Source: Gemmataceae bacterium (GTDB taxonomy: Bacteria > Planctomycetota > Planctomycetia > Gemmatales > Gemmataceae). Taken from it: DNA of 64,000 bases. The stretch covers positions 117,354-181,353 of the forward strand of contig JAXMAR010000001.1 of the NCBI GenBank assembly GCA_046350295.1. Reading direction: 5' to 3'. The position numbers and the translations under genes are program-made. Shown here piece by piece: positions 54,964 to 64,000 of the stretch. Each line of letters opens with the position of its first letter. The stretch's first letter is position 1. The notes beneath the pieces are model-generated. The model worked only from the letters and a program-made list of their open reading frames with translations. It had not been told where the DNA came from and made no database searches.

Positions 54964-55293
54964 ATGGCCGTGGAGGAGAACGCCATGTCCATCGCAAGCG
55001 ATATTGTTTCCGCGGAGTTCGAAGCACGCTTTCAACAGGCCCCTGCGCCCATGCTCGATGAAAAAGAGCTGGCGCGCTGGCGCGAGCTTTGCCGCGTGGC
55101 ATTCGAGGAGCGCGACCGGCTTCGCGCCGAGGTTGCGACTCTGACGGAAGAGCGGGAATATTTCCGCAAGGCCCTCGTCGCGGAGCTCGTGAAAGAGGAT
55201 GTCCCCTTTACCAAGGAAGAGATCATGGCATGTCGGGGGCAAAATCCCACCTTGGACGAGATCCTCGAGCAATTTGAGAGGGGAAACGGTTGA
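54964..55293 (+). CDS. hypothetical small coiled-coil protein
   Basis: 110-aa Glu/Arg-rich ORF. Weak call. Confidence 0.3.
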   Translation: MAVEENAMSIASDIVSAEFEARFQQAPAPMLDEKELARWRELCRVAFEERDRLRAEVATLTEEREYFRKALVAELVKEDVPFTKEEIMACRGQNPTLDEILEQFERGNG

Positions 55294-55399
55294 CGATGCC
55301 GACTCCCCAGGGCTCCGGCTATGTGGTCGATCGTCTGGCTCAGGTCGCCCAACAGATCCAAGCGTCCCTGGCGATGAATCGCCGCTTTCCAAAGCGCGG

Positions 55400-56386
55400 T
55401 CACGCCGCCCGCCGTTGGCGCTCATCCTCGTCCATGTTGAGGCGTTCGCCGACCGTATAGGGCCGTTTCCCCTGGCTCTCGAAGTAAGTCCGGCTCATCA
55501 ATTCGCCGATCAGGCCGAGGGAGATGAACTGCACGCCGATGACGACCAGGATCGTCGACAGCAAGAGGAAGGGATTGCCGGTCATGAACTGGCCCTGGAA
55601 CACCTTCATCAAGACCGTGATGATCAAAAAGACGAAGCCGAAGAAGATCGAGGCGATGCCGGCGAGGCCCATGATGTGCATCGGCCGGGTGACGTAGCTG
55701 TGGAGGAACTTGACGGTGATGAGGTCGAGCATGACGCGGAAGGTGCGGCTCAGGGTGTACTTGGTTTTGCCGGCGGTGCGCGGATGGTGCCGCACGGGGA
55801 CCTGGATGAGGCGGTAGCCGGCCTGCTGGGCCATGACGGAGATGAAGCGGTGCATCTCGCCATAGAGGGTGAGGGACTTGGCGAGGTCCTTGCGCATGAC
55901 GCGCAGGGTGCAGCCGAGGTCGAGCATGGTGGAGCCGGTGACCTTGCGGATGACCCAGTTGCCGAGCTTGCTCGGGATCTTGCGAATGAAGAGGTGATCC
56001 TGGCGCTTGGCGCGGATGCCGAAGACGCCGTCGTAGCCCTCGTTGAGCTTGGCGAGGAGCATGGGGATGTCGGCGGGGTCGTTCTGCAGATCGCCGTCCA
56101 TGGTGGCGATGACGTCGCCGGAGGCGGCGTCGAGGCCGGCCTGGAGCGCGGCGGACTGGCCGAAGTTGCGCTTGAGGCGGACGACCTTGAAGCGCGGATC
56201 GCGGGCGGCGATCTGGCGCATCAGGTCGAAGGAGCCGTCGCTGCTGCCGTCGTCGACGAGGATGATCTCGTAGTCGAGTTTTTCGGCGGCGAGGGCTCCG
56301 GTGACGGCGTCATGCAGCCTGGTCAAGTTGTCGCGTTCGTCCTTGATCGGGATGACGATCGACAGGTCCAGGGTGGTCCGGTCCAT
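55400..56386 (-). CDS. family 2 glycosyltransferase (polyprenol-phosphate sugar transferase, DPM1/ArnC/GtrB-like) with two C-terminal TM helices
   Basis: LSIVIPIKDE, VDDGSSDGS and DGDLQNDP motifs, with a C-terminal TM pair. Confidence 0.85.
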   Translation of the reverse strand: MDRTTLDLSIVIPIKDERDNLTRLHDAVTGALAAEKLDYEIILVDDGSSDGSFDLMRQIAARDPRFKVVRLKRNFGQSAALQAGLDAASGDVIATMDGDLQNDPADIPMLLAKLNEGYDGVFGIRAKRQDHLFIRKIPSKLGNWVIRKVTGSTMLDLGCTLRVMRKDLAKSLTLYGEMHRFISVMAQQAGYRLIQVPVRHHPRTAGKTKYTLSRTFRVMLDLITVKFLHSYVTRPMHIMGLAGIASIFFGFVFLIITVLMKVFQGQFMTGNPFLLLSTILVVIGVQFISLGLIGELMSRTYFESQGKRPYTVGERLNMDEDERQRRAA

Positions 56387-57308
56387 GTTCGTCCTCGTCC
56401 GGCGCCTGGGCCGGGGCTTCGGGTTTGGGGAAATGACCAAAGAGATAGACCAGGCCGCCCAGGAGGCTGACGGCGGCGCCGTTGAGGAACCAGAGGAAAG
56501 CCATGCTGAGGGCGACGCCGTCGGAGACGCCCATTGGGCCTAACAGGGCGATCATGCCGGTCTCGCGCACGCCCCAGCCATTCACGGCCGGCAGCAGCAT
56601 CAAGAGCGACATCAGCGGCACGAGCACCCAGTAGAAGGAGCCAGGGACTTCAACACCGACCGCTTCGCCGATAAGCCAGACAATGGCGATGCTGGAGGTC
56701 TGCACGCAGAAGGAGAGGAGCGTGGTGATAGGCAGGATGCGCGGCGAGCGGAGCAGGCCGACGGTCTGGCGCAGCTTCTGGATGGAGGCGGCGCCGGGGC
56801 CGCGCCAGGCGCCAAGAAAGGGGAGCATGGCAAGGCCGCCGAAGGCGCAGGCGGCGATACCGAAGACGCTCCAGACTACCCATGGCGGTAGTGTGGTGGG
56901 GCTGAGCAGGGTGGCGACGCAGGCGATGCTGATGAGGACGAGGACGCCGTTCAAGCGGTCGAGGAAGACGGCGCCGAAGGCGGCGAGCTTGCGGCCGGAG
57001 CCGGCGTCGAGGTACCAGGCGCGGACGACGTCGCCGCCGACGGTGGTGGGGAGCATGAGGCCAAAGTACATGCCGATGAAGTAGAAGGAGGAGAGCTGCC
57101 AGATGGGGCGCTCGAAGCGCAGCTCGCGGGCGAAGTAGTACCAGCGCCAGGCGCTGACGCACTGGGCGGCGACGAGGATGGCGACGCCCAGGAGCCAGGG
57201 CCAGATGTCGAGATGGGCGAAGGCGTGCCCGACCGCGGCCCAGTCCATCTTGAGGGCGATCCAGCCGAGCAGGAGGGCGCTGACGCCCAGACGCAACAGC
57301 TTACTCAT
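56310..57308 (-). CDS. flippase-like/lysylphosphatidylglycerol-synthase-TM-domain (UPF0104) integral membrane protein
   Basis: Eight or more TM segments, matching the LPG_synthase_TM-type pattern. Overlaps the 5' end of the GT2 gene and the 3' end of the phosphatase gene. Confidence 0.7.
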   Translation of the reverse strand: MSKLLRLGVSALLLGWIALKMDWAAVGHAFAHLDIWPWLLGVAILVAAQCVSAWRWYYFARELRFERPIWQLSSFYFIGMYFGLMLPTTVGGDVVRAWYLDAGSGRKLAAFGAVFLDRLNGVLVLISIACVATLLSPTTLPPWVVWSVFGIAACAFGGLAMLPFLGAWRGPGAASIQKLRQTVGLLRSPRILPITTLLSFCVQTSSIAIVWLIGEAVGVEVPGSFYWVLVPLMSLLMLLPAVNGWGVRETGMIALLGPMGVSDGVALSMAFLWFLNGAAVSLLGGLVYLFGHFPKPEAPAQAPDEDEHGPDHPGPVDRHPDQGRTRQLDQAA

Positions 57309-58365
57309 GCACGACGATCCTCTCTTCTCGCCCCTGCCCGCCGGCTTGCGCGAACCAGAGGTGGCCCTCCTCGATCATGTCGAAACGCGCCCGGTAGACG
57401 CCCGGCTCCGCCAGCGGCGGAACCGTCACCGTCAACTCAACCGCTTCGCCCGGCCCGAGGTCGCGCGCGAACAGGCCGCCGCGCACGAACTTGGCCAGTG
57501 TGTTGTCCGGCTTCAAGACCTCGACGCCGAGATGATAGCCAGCCGTCATGAACGGGCGAAACTGCCAGGGGCGCTTGCTCGTGTTCCGTACGCGGACCTT
57601 GAAGCCGAGCGGCTCGCCGGCCTTGCAGACTTCCTGGAGCGGCTCGACCGCCTCGATCGCTTCTTGACACCACCCGCCGCGGTATTCGCCGGCGACCCAG
57701 GCGCGGAAGGTGGCCGGGGCGTGCTCCTTGCCGGTCGCCTTGAGCCAATCGGCGTAGAGGTCGAAGAAGGCGTCCATGCGGCGCGTCTCGGCGACGGGGA
57801 GATGCCCGTAACGCCAGCTCAGGTGGCGGAGCGCCTCGGGCAGCGTGTCGTCGGTGTAGAGCAGACGCGCGATGACGGCGGCGACGCCGGTGCGGTCCGC
57901 GCCTTGCCGGCAGTGCAGCAGAATGGGGGGCTCGGCGTGATCGAGCGCGTCGACCAGTCGTTGAATCTCTTCGGATGAAGGGAGCCGCTTGGCGGAGAAG
58001 CTGAAGTCCTCGGCGGAGAGGCCGAGGTCGTGAACGGCGGCCATCTCCTCGAGGTACCAGTCCTGATCCTTGGTTCCGCCGCGGAGATTGAAGACGGTGC
58101 GGATGCCGTGCCGTTTCGTCCAGGCTTCGAGGTCGGTCCGACCTGGTTGGGCACAGCGATAGATCTTGCCGGGGACGACCGCGTGGAAGTTGCAGCCGAA
58201 GTAGACGTAGTAGACGTTCCAGACGAGCCAGGCGGCGGCCAAGAGCAGCGTGAGACGGACGGCCCAGCGCAACCAGCGGCGTGGCGGCGCTCCAGGAGGA
58301 GCGGCGGGCGCAAGATCGGTGTTCGCCTCGGGAGCAGGGGCAAGGAGCGTGGTCGGCATGGCCAT
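57301..58365 (-). CDS. membrane-anchored protein tyrosine/dual-specificity phosphatase with a C-terminal beta-rich domain
   Basis: HCRQGADRTG CX5R motif. N-terminal TM helix. Start at the internal MAMPTTLL. Confidence 0.75.
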   Translation of the reverse strand: MAMPTTLLAPAPEANTDLAPAAPPGAPPRRWLRWAVRLTLLLAAAWLVWNVYYVYFGCNFHAVVPGKIYRCAQPGRTDLEAWTKRHGIRTVFNLRGGTKDQDWYLEEMAAVHDLGLSAEDFSFSAKRLPSSEEIQRLVDALDHAEPPILLHCRQGADRTGVAAVIARLLYTDDTLPEALRHLSWRYGHLPVAETRRMDAFFDLYADWLKATGKEHAPATFRAWVAGEYRGGWCQEAIEAVEPLQEVCKAGEPLGFKVRVRNTSKRPWQFRPFMTAGYHLGVEVLKPDNTLAKFVRGGLFARDLGPGEAVELTVTVPPLAEPGVYRARFDMIEEGHLWFAQAGGQGREERIVVHE

Positions 58366-58586
58366 CCGTGGCAAGGCGCCCTTTATCGGGCGGGTGGCCC
58401 GATGATGACAAATGAGAGCGGAAGGTTCCAGACCGATTCGGGTTCGATTCGGCAAGGGACATGGAGGGGTAGTCTGGGCAAAATGGAAGACATGCGCCCA
58501 TTCGGCCCGGGGGCAGGCCGAAACGAACGAGAAGGGGATCCATCTGAGTCGGAAAGTGTTGACACCAAATTGTTTGGATAGGTATT

Positions 58587-58625
58587 CCCTTCTTGTTCAA
58601 ACCTCAATCGAATTGAACAAGAAGG
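58587..58625. promoter_or_regulatory. perfect 14-bp inverted repeat CCCTTCTTGTTCAA-N11-TTGAACAAGAAGGG in the AT-rich divergent intergenic region
   Basis: Lies between the 5' ends of the minus-strand phosphatase operon and the plus-strand gene starting at 58715. Candidate operator or bidirectional regulatory hairpin. Confidence 0.4.
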
Positions 58626-58714
58626 GATTTTTCGGGGGTTCGCCTCTACCATCGCTTGACCCCGCGGTGGGTTGCGGCTACGTGTTGAGCCCAGGACAAT
58701 GCGGGGAACTGCGG

Positions 58715-59791
58715 ATGAAGGAGTCGCCGAGAACGAGCCGGAGCGCGCGGCGGGCGCGGGCTGTGATCATCACCGCCCTGGCCGGCTTTGTCGCCGCGCA
58801 GCTCGTGCTGCGCGCCGTGATCGAGCTGTGGCGGCCCGACTGGCGCGATCCGACGTTCGAGGCAAAGCTTGACCGGTTGAAACGAGGTGTTGCGGCGGAG
58901 CCGAAGGCGCTCACCATCGTTTTTCTCGGCTCGTCGCAAACGGTCTTCGGCGTGCATGGGCGCGACATCGGCGCGGAGTTGTCGCGACGCTTCGGCCGGC
59001 CGGTGCGCGCGTTCAATTTCGGCGCCTATGCGGCGGGGCCGTTCACGTGCCTGGTGTACCTGAATCGCTTGCTGGAGCGGGGGATACGGCCGGACCTGAT
59101 TGTCGTCGAGGCGCAGCCGCGGCACGTTTACGAGCAGACGGTCCCGTCGGACATCCGGCTCTTCCCTCCCGAGGCGCTCGCCTTGCGGGACATCGGCCTG
59201 GTCAAGCGCTATGGCGGCGCGAAGACGGTCGACTATCGCCGCGACTGGTGGAAGTGCTTCGTGGAGCCGGCGTTCGCGCACCGCGTGTCGTTCCTGTCGC
59301 TCGCCTGCCCGGGGTTGCTCTCGCCCGCGGGGCTCATCGAGACCTGGAGCGATTGCGATGAGACGGGCTGGAAACCTTTCCCCGAGATCGGTCTGAACGC
59401 GGCTCAGAAACGTCATATTCTCGATGAGGCGCGCGCGGCCCACGAGCCGTCGCTGCGCTGCGTGGGGGACGGCAGCCCGCTCGCGTCTGCATTGCTGGAG
59501 TTGCTTGGACGCTGCCGTCAGGAGAAAATACCTACGGCGCTGCTCGTGCTGCCGGAGGGACCGCTGTTCCGATCGCTGTATCGGCCCGGCGGGATCGAGC
59601 GGTTTCGGCAGGACCTCCGGGGGGCGGCGGCGTGTCTGAAAACGCCGGTGGTCGATCTGTGGGACCTGTGCGACGAGGATGAATTTCACGATTCGTTCCA
59701 TCTTCTGGAGCACGGGGCGCAGCGGGCGTCGGCGGCTTTGGCCGAGCGTCTGGTCCGGACGGAGCTGCGCGGGCTTTTCGTTCCGAAGTGA
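58715..59791 (+). CDS. hypothetical membrane-anchored protein (SGNH/DUF1574-like features)
   Basis: MKESPRTSRSARRARAVIITALAGFVAAQLVL TM anchor, then TIVFLGSSQTVFGV. The antisense 695-aa ORF was rejected as a GC artefact. Confidence 0.55.
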   Translation: MKESPRTSRSARRARAVIITALAGFVAAQLVLRAVIELWRPDWRDPTFEAKLDRLKRGVAAEPKALTIVFLGSSQTVFGVHGRDIGAELSRRFGRPVRAFNFGAYAAGPFTCLVYLNRLLERGIRPDLIVVEAQPRHVYEQTVPSDIRLFPPEALALRDIGLVKRYGGAKTVDYRRDWWKCFVEPAFAHRVSFLSLACPGLLSPAGLIETWSDCDETGWKPFPEIGLNAAQKRHILDEARAAHEPSLRCVGDGSPLASALLELLGRCRQEKIPTALLVLPEGPLFRSLYRPGGIERFRQDLRGAAACLKTPVVDLWDLCDEDEFHDSFHLLEHGAQRASAALAERLVRTELRGLFVPK

Positions 59792-59845
59792 CGATACGTG
59801 CGCGTTATTCTCCTGGCGCTGCCCTGAGGGGCGGCTTTTTTTTCG

Positions 59846-60799
59846 TTGCCAAGCGCTCGTCATGGAGTAGTGCTCATGGCCAGCCTTCTCGCTGAAGTCC
59901 GTGCCCGGCTCGGTCCGACGCCGCGTCCATTCGGCCCGGGGAAACGATCGTACAATCGGGTTTCGATGCCGCCCGGTTTCCCGAAGGAAGACCCGCTCTT
60001 CGAGGTCTTCCTCAAGCAGGAGCTGTTGATGCGCGAGGGCAAGGTGGCCTGGGGCGCGATCGTGCAAGCCAACAGCCTGCTGTACCAGCCGGGAGGGGAT
60101 GATTCGCCCGCGGTCGCCATTTATTGCGAGCACGCGGACGTCGATGAGCGGCCCGAACTCTTGACGGAGACGGCACAGGCGCTGTTCCAGCTCCGGAAGC
60201 AGCCGGGCAAGGAGTGGGACGAGCGGCAATACGGCCTCATGCTCAAGAACGAGCGCGACCGCTTCATGGGCATCAAGGTCCCGGCGGCGCTGGCACGCGG
60301 TTACCCGATGATGTCCGCGAGCATCATGGTCTTCCGCGAGCACCTGCCGACGCGCTTCCTGTGTGGAACGCTGGTCCCGGTCTTGACCCATTACACGACC
60401 GCGGCGGTGCTGATCGTGCCGCACCCGTACTGGCCGGACGCCCTGGTCTCGCAATGGCTCGACGCCTCGCAAAGCGTGCTGGAGCGGTTCCCGGACGCCG
60501 AGTACATCGCCCTCACGCCGCGGGCCGTCGACGCCATCTTCAACATGGCGGAGCGGGAGCAACTGGCCGAGCCCTGGTACGTGCGCATCCTCGTCCGGCC
60601 CGGCTACCGCGGCGAGCCCGCGTCCTACAGCCTCGAGCTCGACCGTCGCTACGAGCCCGACTATGACCGGCTGCTGCGGCACGACGAGCTGGACATACTC
60701 GTCGACCGGCGTGACATGGACTGGCTCGACCACCTGCTCGTCGATTGCCAGAAGGGTCAGGGCGGCGGAATCAGGTTCACGTTCGCGGGCCAGGGATAG
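59846..60799 (+). CDS. hypothetical protein
   Basis: 317-aa ORF with ordinary composition and no motif recognised. Confidence 0.5.
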   Translation: MPSARHGVVLMASLLAEVRARLGPTPRPFGPGKRSYNRVSMPPGFPKEDPLFEVFLKQELLMREGKVAWGAIVQANSLLYQPGGDDSPAVAIYCEHADVDERPELLTETAQALFQLRKQPGKEWDERQYGLMLKNERDRFMGIKVPAALARGYPMMSASIMVFREHLPTRFLCGTLVPVLTHYTTAAVLIVPHPYWPDALVSQWLDASQSVLERFPDAEYIALTPRAVDAIFNMAEREQLAEPWYVRILVRPGYRGEPASYSLELDRRYEPDYDRLLRHDELDILVDRRDMDWLDHLLVDCQKGQGGGIRFTFAGQG

Positions 60800-60915
60800 C
60801 GGCGTAGCGCCCGGCCATGGCGGCTTGCGACGAGAGGCGCCGACGCCTTCGTCGCGAAAGCCCTCCTTTTCGCAAGAGTGAGAACGGATGCTCTGGATCT
60901 TTCAAACGGCGGCGC

Positions 60916-61874
60916 ATGCGGCAGATGGGCATTCTGGGTATGAACCGGCGCAACGCCGGGCTCATCCTCAAGGAGAATCCGCGCGCTTTTCCCGCTCGTC
61001 GACGACAAGCTGCATGCGCGACCTGTGCCGCCGCATCGGCGCCCGACCCCCGCCATCTACGCGGCTGCGGCATTACGGCTCGCTGCGCCCGTCTCGACCG
61101 TCTGCTCGAGCGGCGAGGACTTCGTCCTCAAACCGGCGCAGGGAGCGGCGGGCCGAGGCATCCTCGTCGTCACCGGCCGGCGCGGCGACGCCTTCCTCAA
61201 GCACGACGGTACGCCGTTGCCCGTTCGAGCAGCTCCGGCGCCATTGCTCGGATATCCTCTCCGGCATGTATTCCCTGGCCGAGCAGCCGGACGTCGTGCT
61301 CGTGCAAGAGCGGGTGCGGCTCCACCCCGCGTTCGCATCGATCGCCTTCCAGGGCATCCCGGACGTCCGCGTTATCGTTTACCGGGGCAAGCCGGCCATG
61401 GCGATGCTGCGGCTGCCGACCCGCGCCTCCGGCGGCCGGGCCAACCTGCACCAGGGGGGTCTCGGCGTCGGCATCGAGTTGGCGACCGGGCTGACGCATC
61501 GCGCCGTCCAGTCCGGCAAGCGCATCACCCGCCATCCCGACACCGACGTTCCGCTCGTCGACTTCCGCGTTCCCTACTGGCCGCGCGTGCTGGACATCGC
61601 GCGCGACGTGGCCCGCGCCGTCGGCCTCGGTTACGTCGGCGTCGACATCGTCATCGACGCGCGGCGCGGCCCGATGCTGCTCGAAGCGAACGCCCGGCCC
61701 GGACTGGCGATTCAGATGGCGAACGGCCGCGGCCTGCTGCCGGCGCTCGAGGCGATTGATCGGGGCGCGAGGGATGACGAGGATAAGATCGTCGCGCTGC
61801 GAACGCGCGCAGTCCCTACGCCGGCGCGCGGAGCGCAACCGTATCGCCGCGACCCGGTATCGCCACGTCCTTGA
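60916..61874 (+). pseudogene. alpha-L-glutamate ligase-related ATP-grasp protein, with two frameshifts (about 60985 and 61222)
   Basis: MRQMGILGMNRRNAGLILKENPRAF (frame A), then PLVDDKLHA...STVCSSGEDFVLKPAQGAAGRGILVVTGRRGDAFLKHDGTPLP (frame C), then FEQLRRHCSDILSGMYSLAEQPDVV...VRVIVYRGKPAMAMLRLPTRASGGRANLHQGG...GVDIVIDARRGPMLLEANARPGL (frame B). Confidence 0.65.
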
Positions 61875-63237
61875 AGCCCGCGCCCCGCAGCGCCTCGGCC
61901 AGCGCCTGCGACTGATCCGGGTCGCCGTGCACCAGGCGCACGGTCGGATTGCCGCTCGCCAAGGGGGCAAACAACTCCAGCAGCTCGTTCCGATCCGCGT
62001 GACTGGAGAAGCCGTTCAGAACCACGACCTCGGCCCGCAGTTTCCAGTAGCGATCGTGGATGCGGATCTCGGGACGACGCTCGACGATGCGGCGGCCGAG
62101 CGTCTCCGGCGCCTGGTAGCCGATGATGAGGATGGTATTGCGCTCGTCCTCGATGCCCTGCTTGAGGTGGTGCTGGATGCGGCCCGACTCGCACATGCCG
62201 CTGGCGGCGATGATGAGACAGGGATCCTTGAGGGCGTTGAGGCGCTTGCTCTCCTCCACGTCGCGCACGAAGTGGACGCGCCGCTCCCCGAACAGGTCCG
62301 GGGCCTCGCCGAGCAGCAACGACGTCTCCTCGTCGAAACACTCCGGGTGCGCCTGGAAGACGGCCGTCGCGGAGGCGGCGAGCGGGCTGTCCACGAAGAT
62401 GGGCACATCCTTGAGCCGGCCGGCGCTGAAGAGCTGGTGCAGGAAGTAAAGCACGGCTTGCGTGCGGCCCAGGCTGAAGGCGGGGACGAGCACCTTGCCG
62501 CCGCGCCGGACCGTGCGCTCCACGACCTGGCCGAGGGTGTCGGCGAGGATGTCGACCGGCGGATGGATGCGGCCGCCGTAGGTGCTCTCCGAGATCACGA
62601 GGTCGGCGGGCGGGATCGGCGCCGGGTCGCGCAGAATCGGCAAACCCTTGCGGCCGACGTCGCCGGTAAAGGTGAGGCTCTGTCCGCGGCCGTCGCGCTC
62701 GATCGTGAGGTGGACCATGGCGGAGCCGAGGAGATGGCCGGCGTCCACGAACGTGAAGGCGAGGCCCTTGCCGAGCTCGAAGACTCGGTCGTAGCCGACG
62801 GGCTGGGCGAGGCGCATGACGCGGGCGGCGTCGCGGCGGGTGTAGAGCGGCTCGACGCGCGGGCCTTGCCGGTCGGCCTGGCGGTTCAGGTAGGCGGCAT
62901 CCTCTTCCTGGATCTTGGCCGAGTCGGCGAGCATGACGGCGAGGAGGTCGTGCGTGGCGGGGGTGCAGAAGATGGGCCCGCCGAAGCCGTGGCGAAACAG
63001 GTTGGGCAGGTTGCCGCAGTGGTCGATGTGGGCGTGGCTGAGAAGGACGGCGTGGACGTTGCTCGGCTGGAACGGGAAGTTCCGGTTGCGTTGGAACGCT
63101 TCGGCGCGCCTGCCCTGGTAGAGGCCGCAATCGAGAAGGAGGTTCAGGCCGTTGGCCTGAACGAGGTGCATCGAGCCGGTGACGACGCCGGCGGCGCCCC
63201 AGAAGGTGACTTGCGGCGCGGCGTCTTTGCTGGCCAT
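61816..63237 (-). CDS. MBL-fold metallo-hydrolase, beta-CASP ribonuclease family
   Basis: HAHIDHCG metallo-beta-lactamase motif, beta-CASP region and C-terminal RNA-metabolising MBL domain. Confidence 0.85.
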   Translation of the reverse strand: MASKDAAPQVTFWGAAGVVTGSMHLVQANGLNLLLDCGLYQGRRAEAFQRNRNFPFQPSNVHAVLLSHAHIDHCGNLPNLFRHGFGGPIFCTPATHDLLAVMLADSAKIQEEDAAYLNRQADRQGPRVEPLYTRRDAARVMRLAQPVGYDRVFELGKGLAFTFVDAGHLLGSAMVHLTIERDGRGQSLTFTGDVGRKGLPILRDPAPIPPADLVISESTYGGRIHPPVDILADTLGQVVERTVRRGGKVLVPAFSLGRTQAVLYFLHQLFSAGRLKDVPIFVDSPLAASATAVFQAHPECFDEETSLLLGEAPDLFGERRVHFVRDVEESKRLNALKDPCLIIAASGMCESGRIQHHLKQGIEDERNTILIIGYQAPETLGRRIVERRPEIRIHDRYWKLRAEVVVLNGFSSHADRNELLELFAPLASGNPTVRLVHGDPDQSQALAEALRGAGFKDVAIPGRGDTVALRAPA

Positions 63238-64000
63238 GTTATGTCTCGTTCATGAGGATCACACCGCCGGGTCCGCCCCACCTGATGTTCGGATCCATGG
63301 CGTGCCGCATTCGTTTCTTGCATTTCATCACGGCGCCGTTACTGAAACGCAATAACGACATTGACAATCACGATTGTGCCACAACCTACAGAACGGCGAA
63401 TAGGTTACATCCAACGCCCGATCTCCTCTCGTTTCGTCTCATCTCGTCGCACAGACACCCACTCACTGCGACGTAACCGACATTGACTTCTCGATTCCGC
63501 CGCAACAGGACGACGACTCATCACGTTACGGCCAACCACCCCACGCCTAGGACCGCGACCCCTCCGCGACCATCCCGCGACGAAACGGGCCGACCCAGCG
63601 CGACACCACAGAGCGTGCCGCGCGGCATCTGGGCCTGCGTCAACCAGACGGTCTTGCCGTTGAGACGAACTTGCAGATTCGAGCCGCCGTCGCTGTAGAC
63701 GAGCAGTAGCCCCCGCGGTGTGGACTCGTCCTTCACAAGACGGCCTCCGCATCAGCGTATTGTATGGTCCAAACCAGGGGTCGGTGGAGCGACGCGGCGC
63801 CATCGCCGGGGCCCTGCGTAACCAGCTCGGCGCCTCGTTCAAACACCATCGCTGTTCTGTCCTGGACCACGCAAGGGCTTTTCGCTTGCGTGACGATTCA
63901 CGGTGTTTATGCTTTCTTGAGGGTTTACAGGAGACTCGCCCATGCCCGGAGGATCCGACGCTCCGGATAACGTCGCAACCTCCCTCCGTTGCTCCGCTCT

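Noticed and set aside
58646-60733. 695-aa minus-strand ORF
   Set aside because: Extremely Arg/Pro/Gln-rich. The plus-strand ORFs 58715-59791 and 59846-60799 have normal composition, a TM anchor and a plausible start context.
61712-63255. 472-aa and 499-aa ORFs overlapping the MBL RNase gene in other frames
   Set aside because: The MBL beta-CASP protein (61816-63237, minus strand) has canonical motifs. The others are compositionally biased.
63521-63736. 71-aa minus-strand ORF with LLVYSDGGSNLQVRLNGKTVW
   Set aside because: Too short and isolated. It could be a fragment of a beta-propeller gene, but there is no start/RBS context and nothing to support a call.

Overview
This is a 64-kb window of high-GC DNA (roughly 65-70% GC by eye) whose gene content points to Planctomycetota. 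The pointers are a roughly 1260-aa beta-propeller/HEAT/cytochrome-c dehydrogenase, an N-terminal LEALEDRLVPA secretion motif on a Ca-binding repeat protein, and many secreted hypothetical proteins. The housekeeping backbone includes a DHH phosphoesterase, an LLM flavin oxidoreductase, nadA, selA, a LysR regulator followed by gltB and gltD, a PfkB sugar kinase, a flotillin-like SPFH protein, an M19 dipeptidase, an MBL/beta-CASP RNase and a phosphatase/flippase-like/GT2 envelope operon. On top of that sits an accessory layer: three VapBC-type toxin-antitoxin modules, Uma2 and DUF4058 endonuclease-like genes (one wedged between gltB and gltD), and a 1.4-kb insertion at the 5' end of selA flanked by a diverged copy of the selA N-terminus. 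There is also a family of palindromic hairpin repeats (GCCCTGAAAGGGC type), and a clearly lower-GC (about 53%) island at about 33.3-38.0 kb. That island carries a tight three-gene cassette: a small unknown protein, an Hsp90/MORC-like GHKL ATPase, and a 791-aa protein with two RNAP alpha-CTD-like helix-hairpin-helix repeats plus a sigma-70 region-4-like HTH. It is followed by a TA-like pair with a retropepsin-like protease, an LRR pseudogene and a VapBC module, and it is the best candidate here for an undescribed defence or regulatory system. At least ten otherwise recognisable genes are broken by single-base frameshifts, which suggests indel errors in the assembly; the alternative is widespread pseudogenisation. 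Many long Arg/Pro-rich antisense ORFs in the six-frame track are GC artefacts. No rRNA, tRNA or CRISPR array was recognised.
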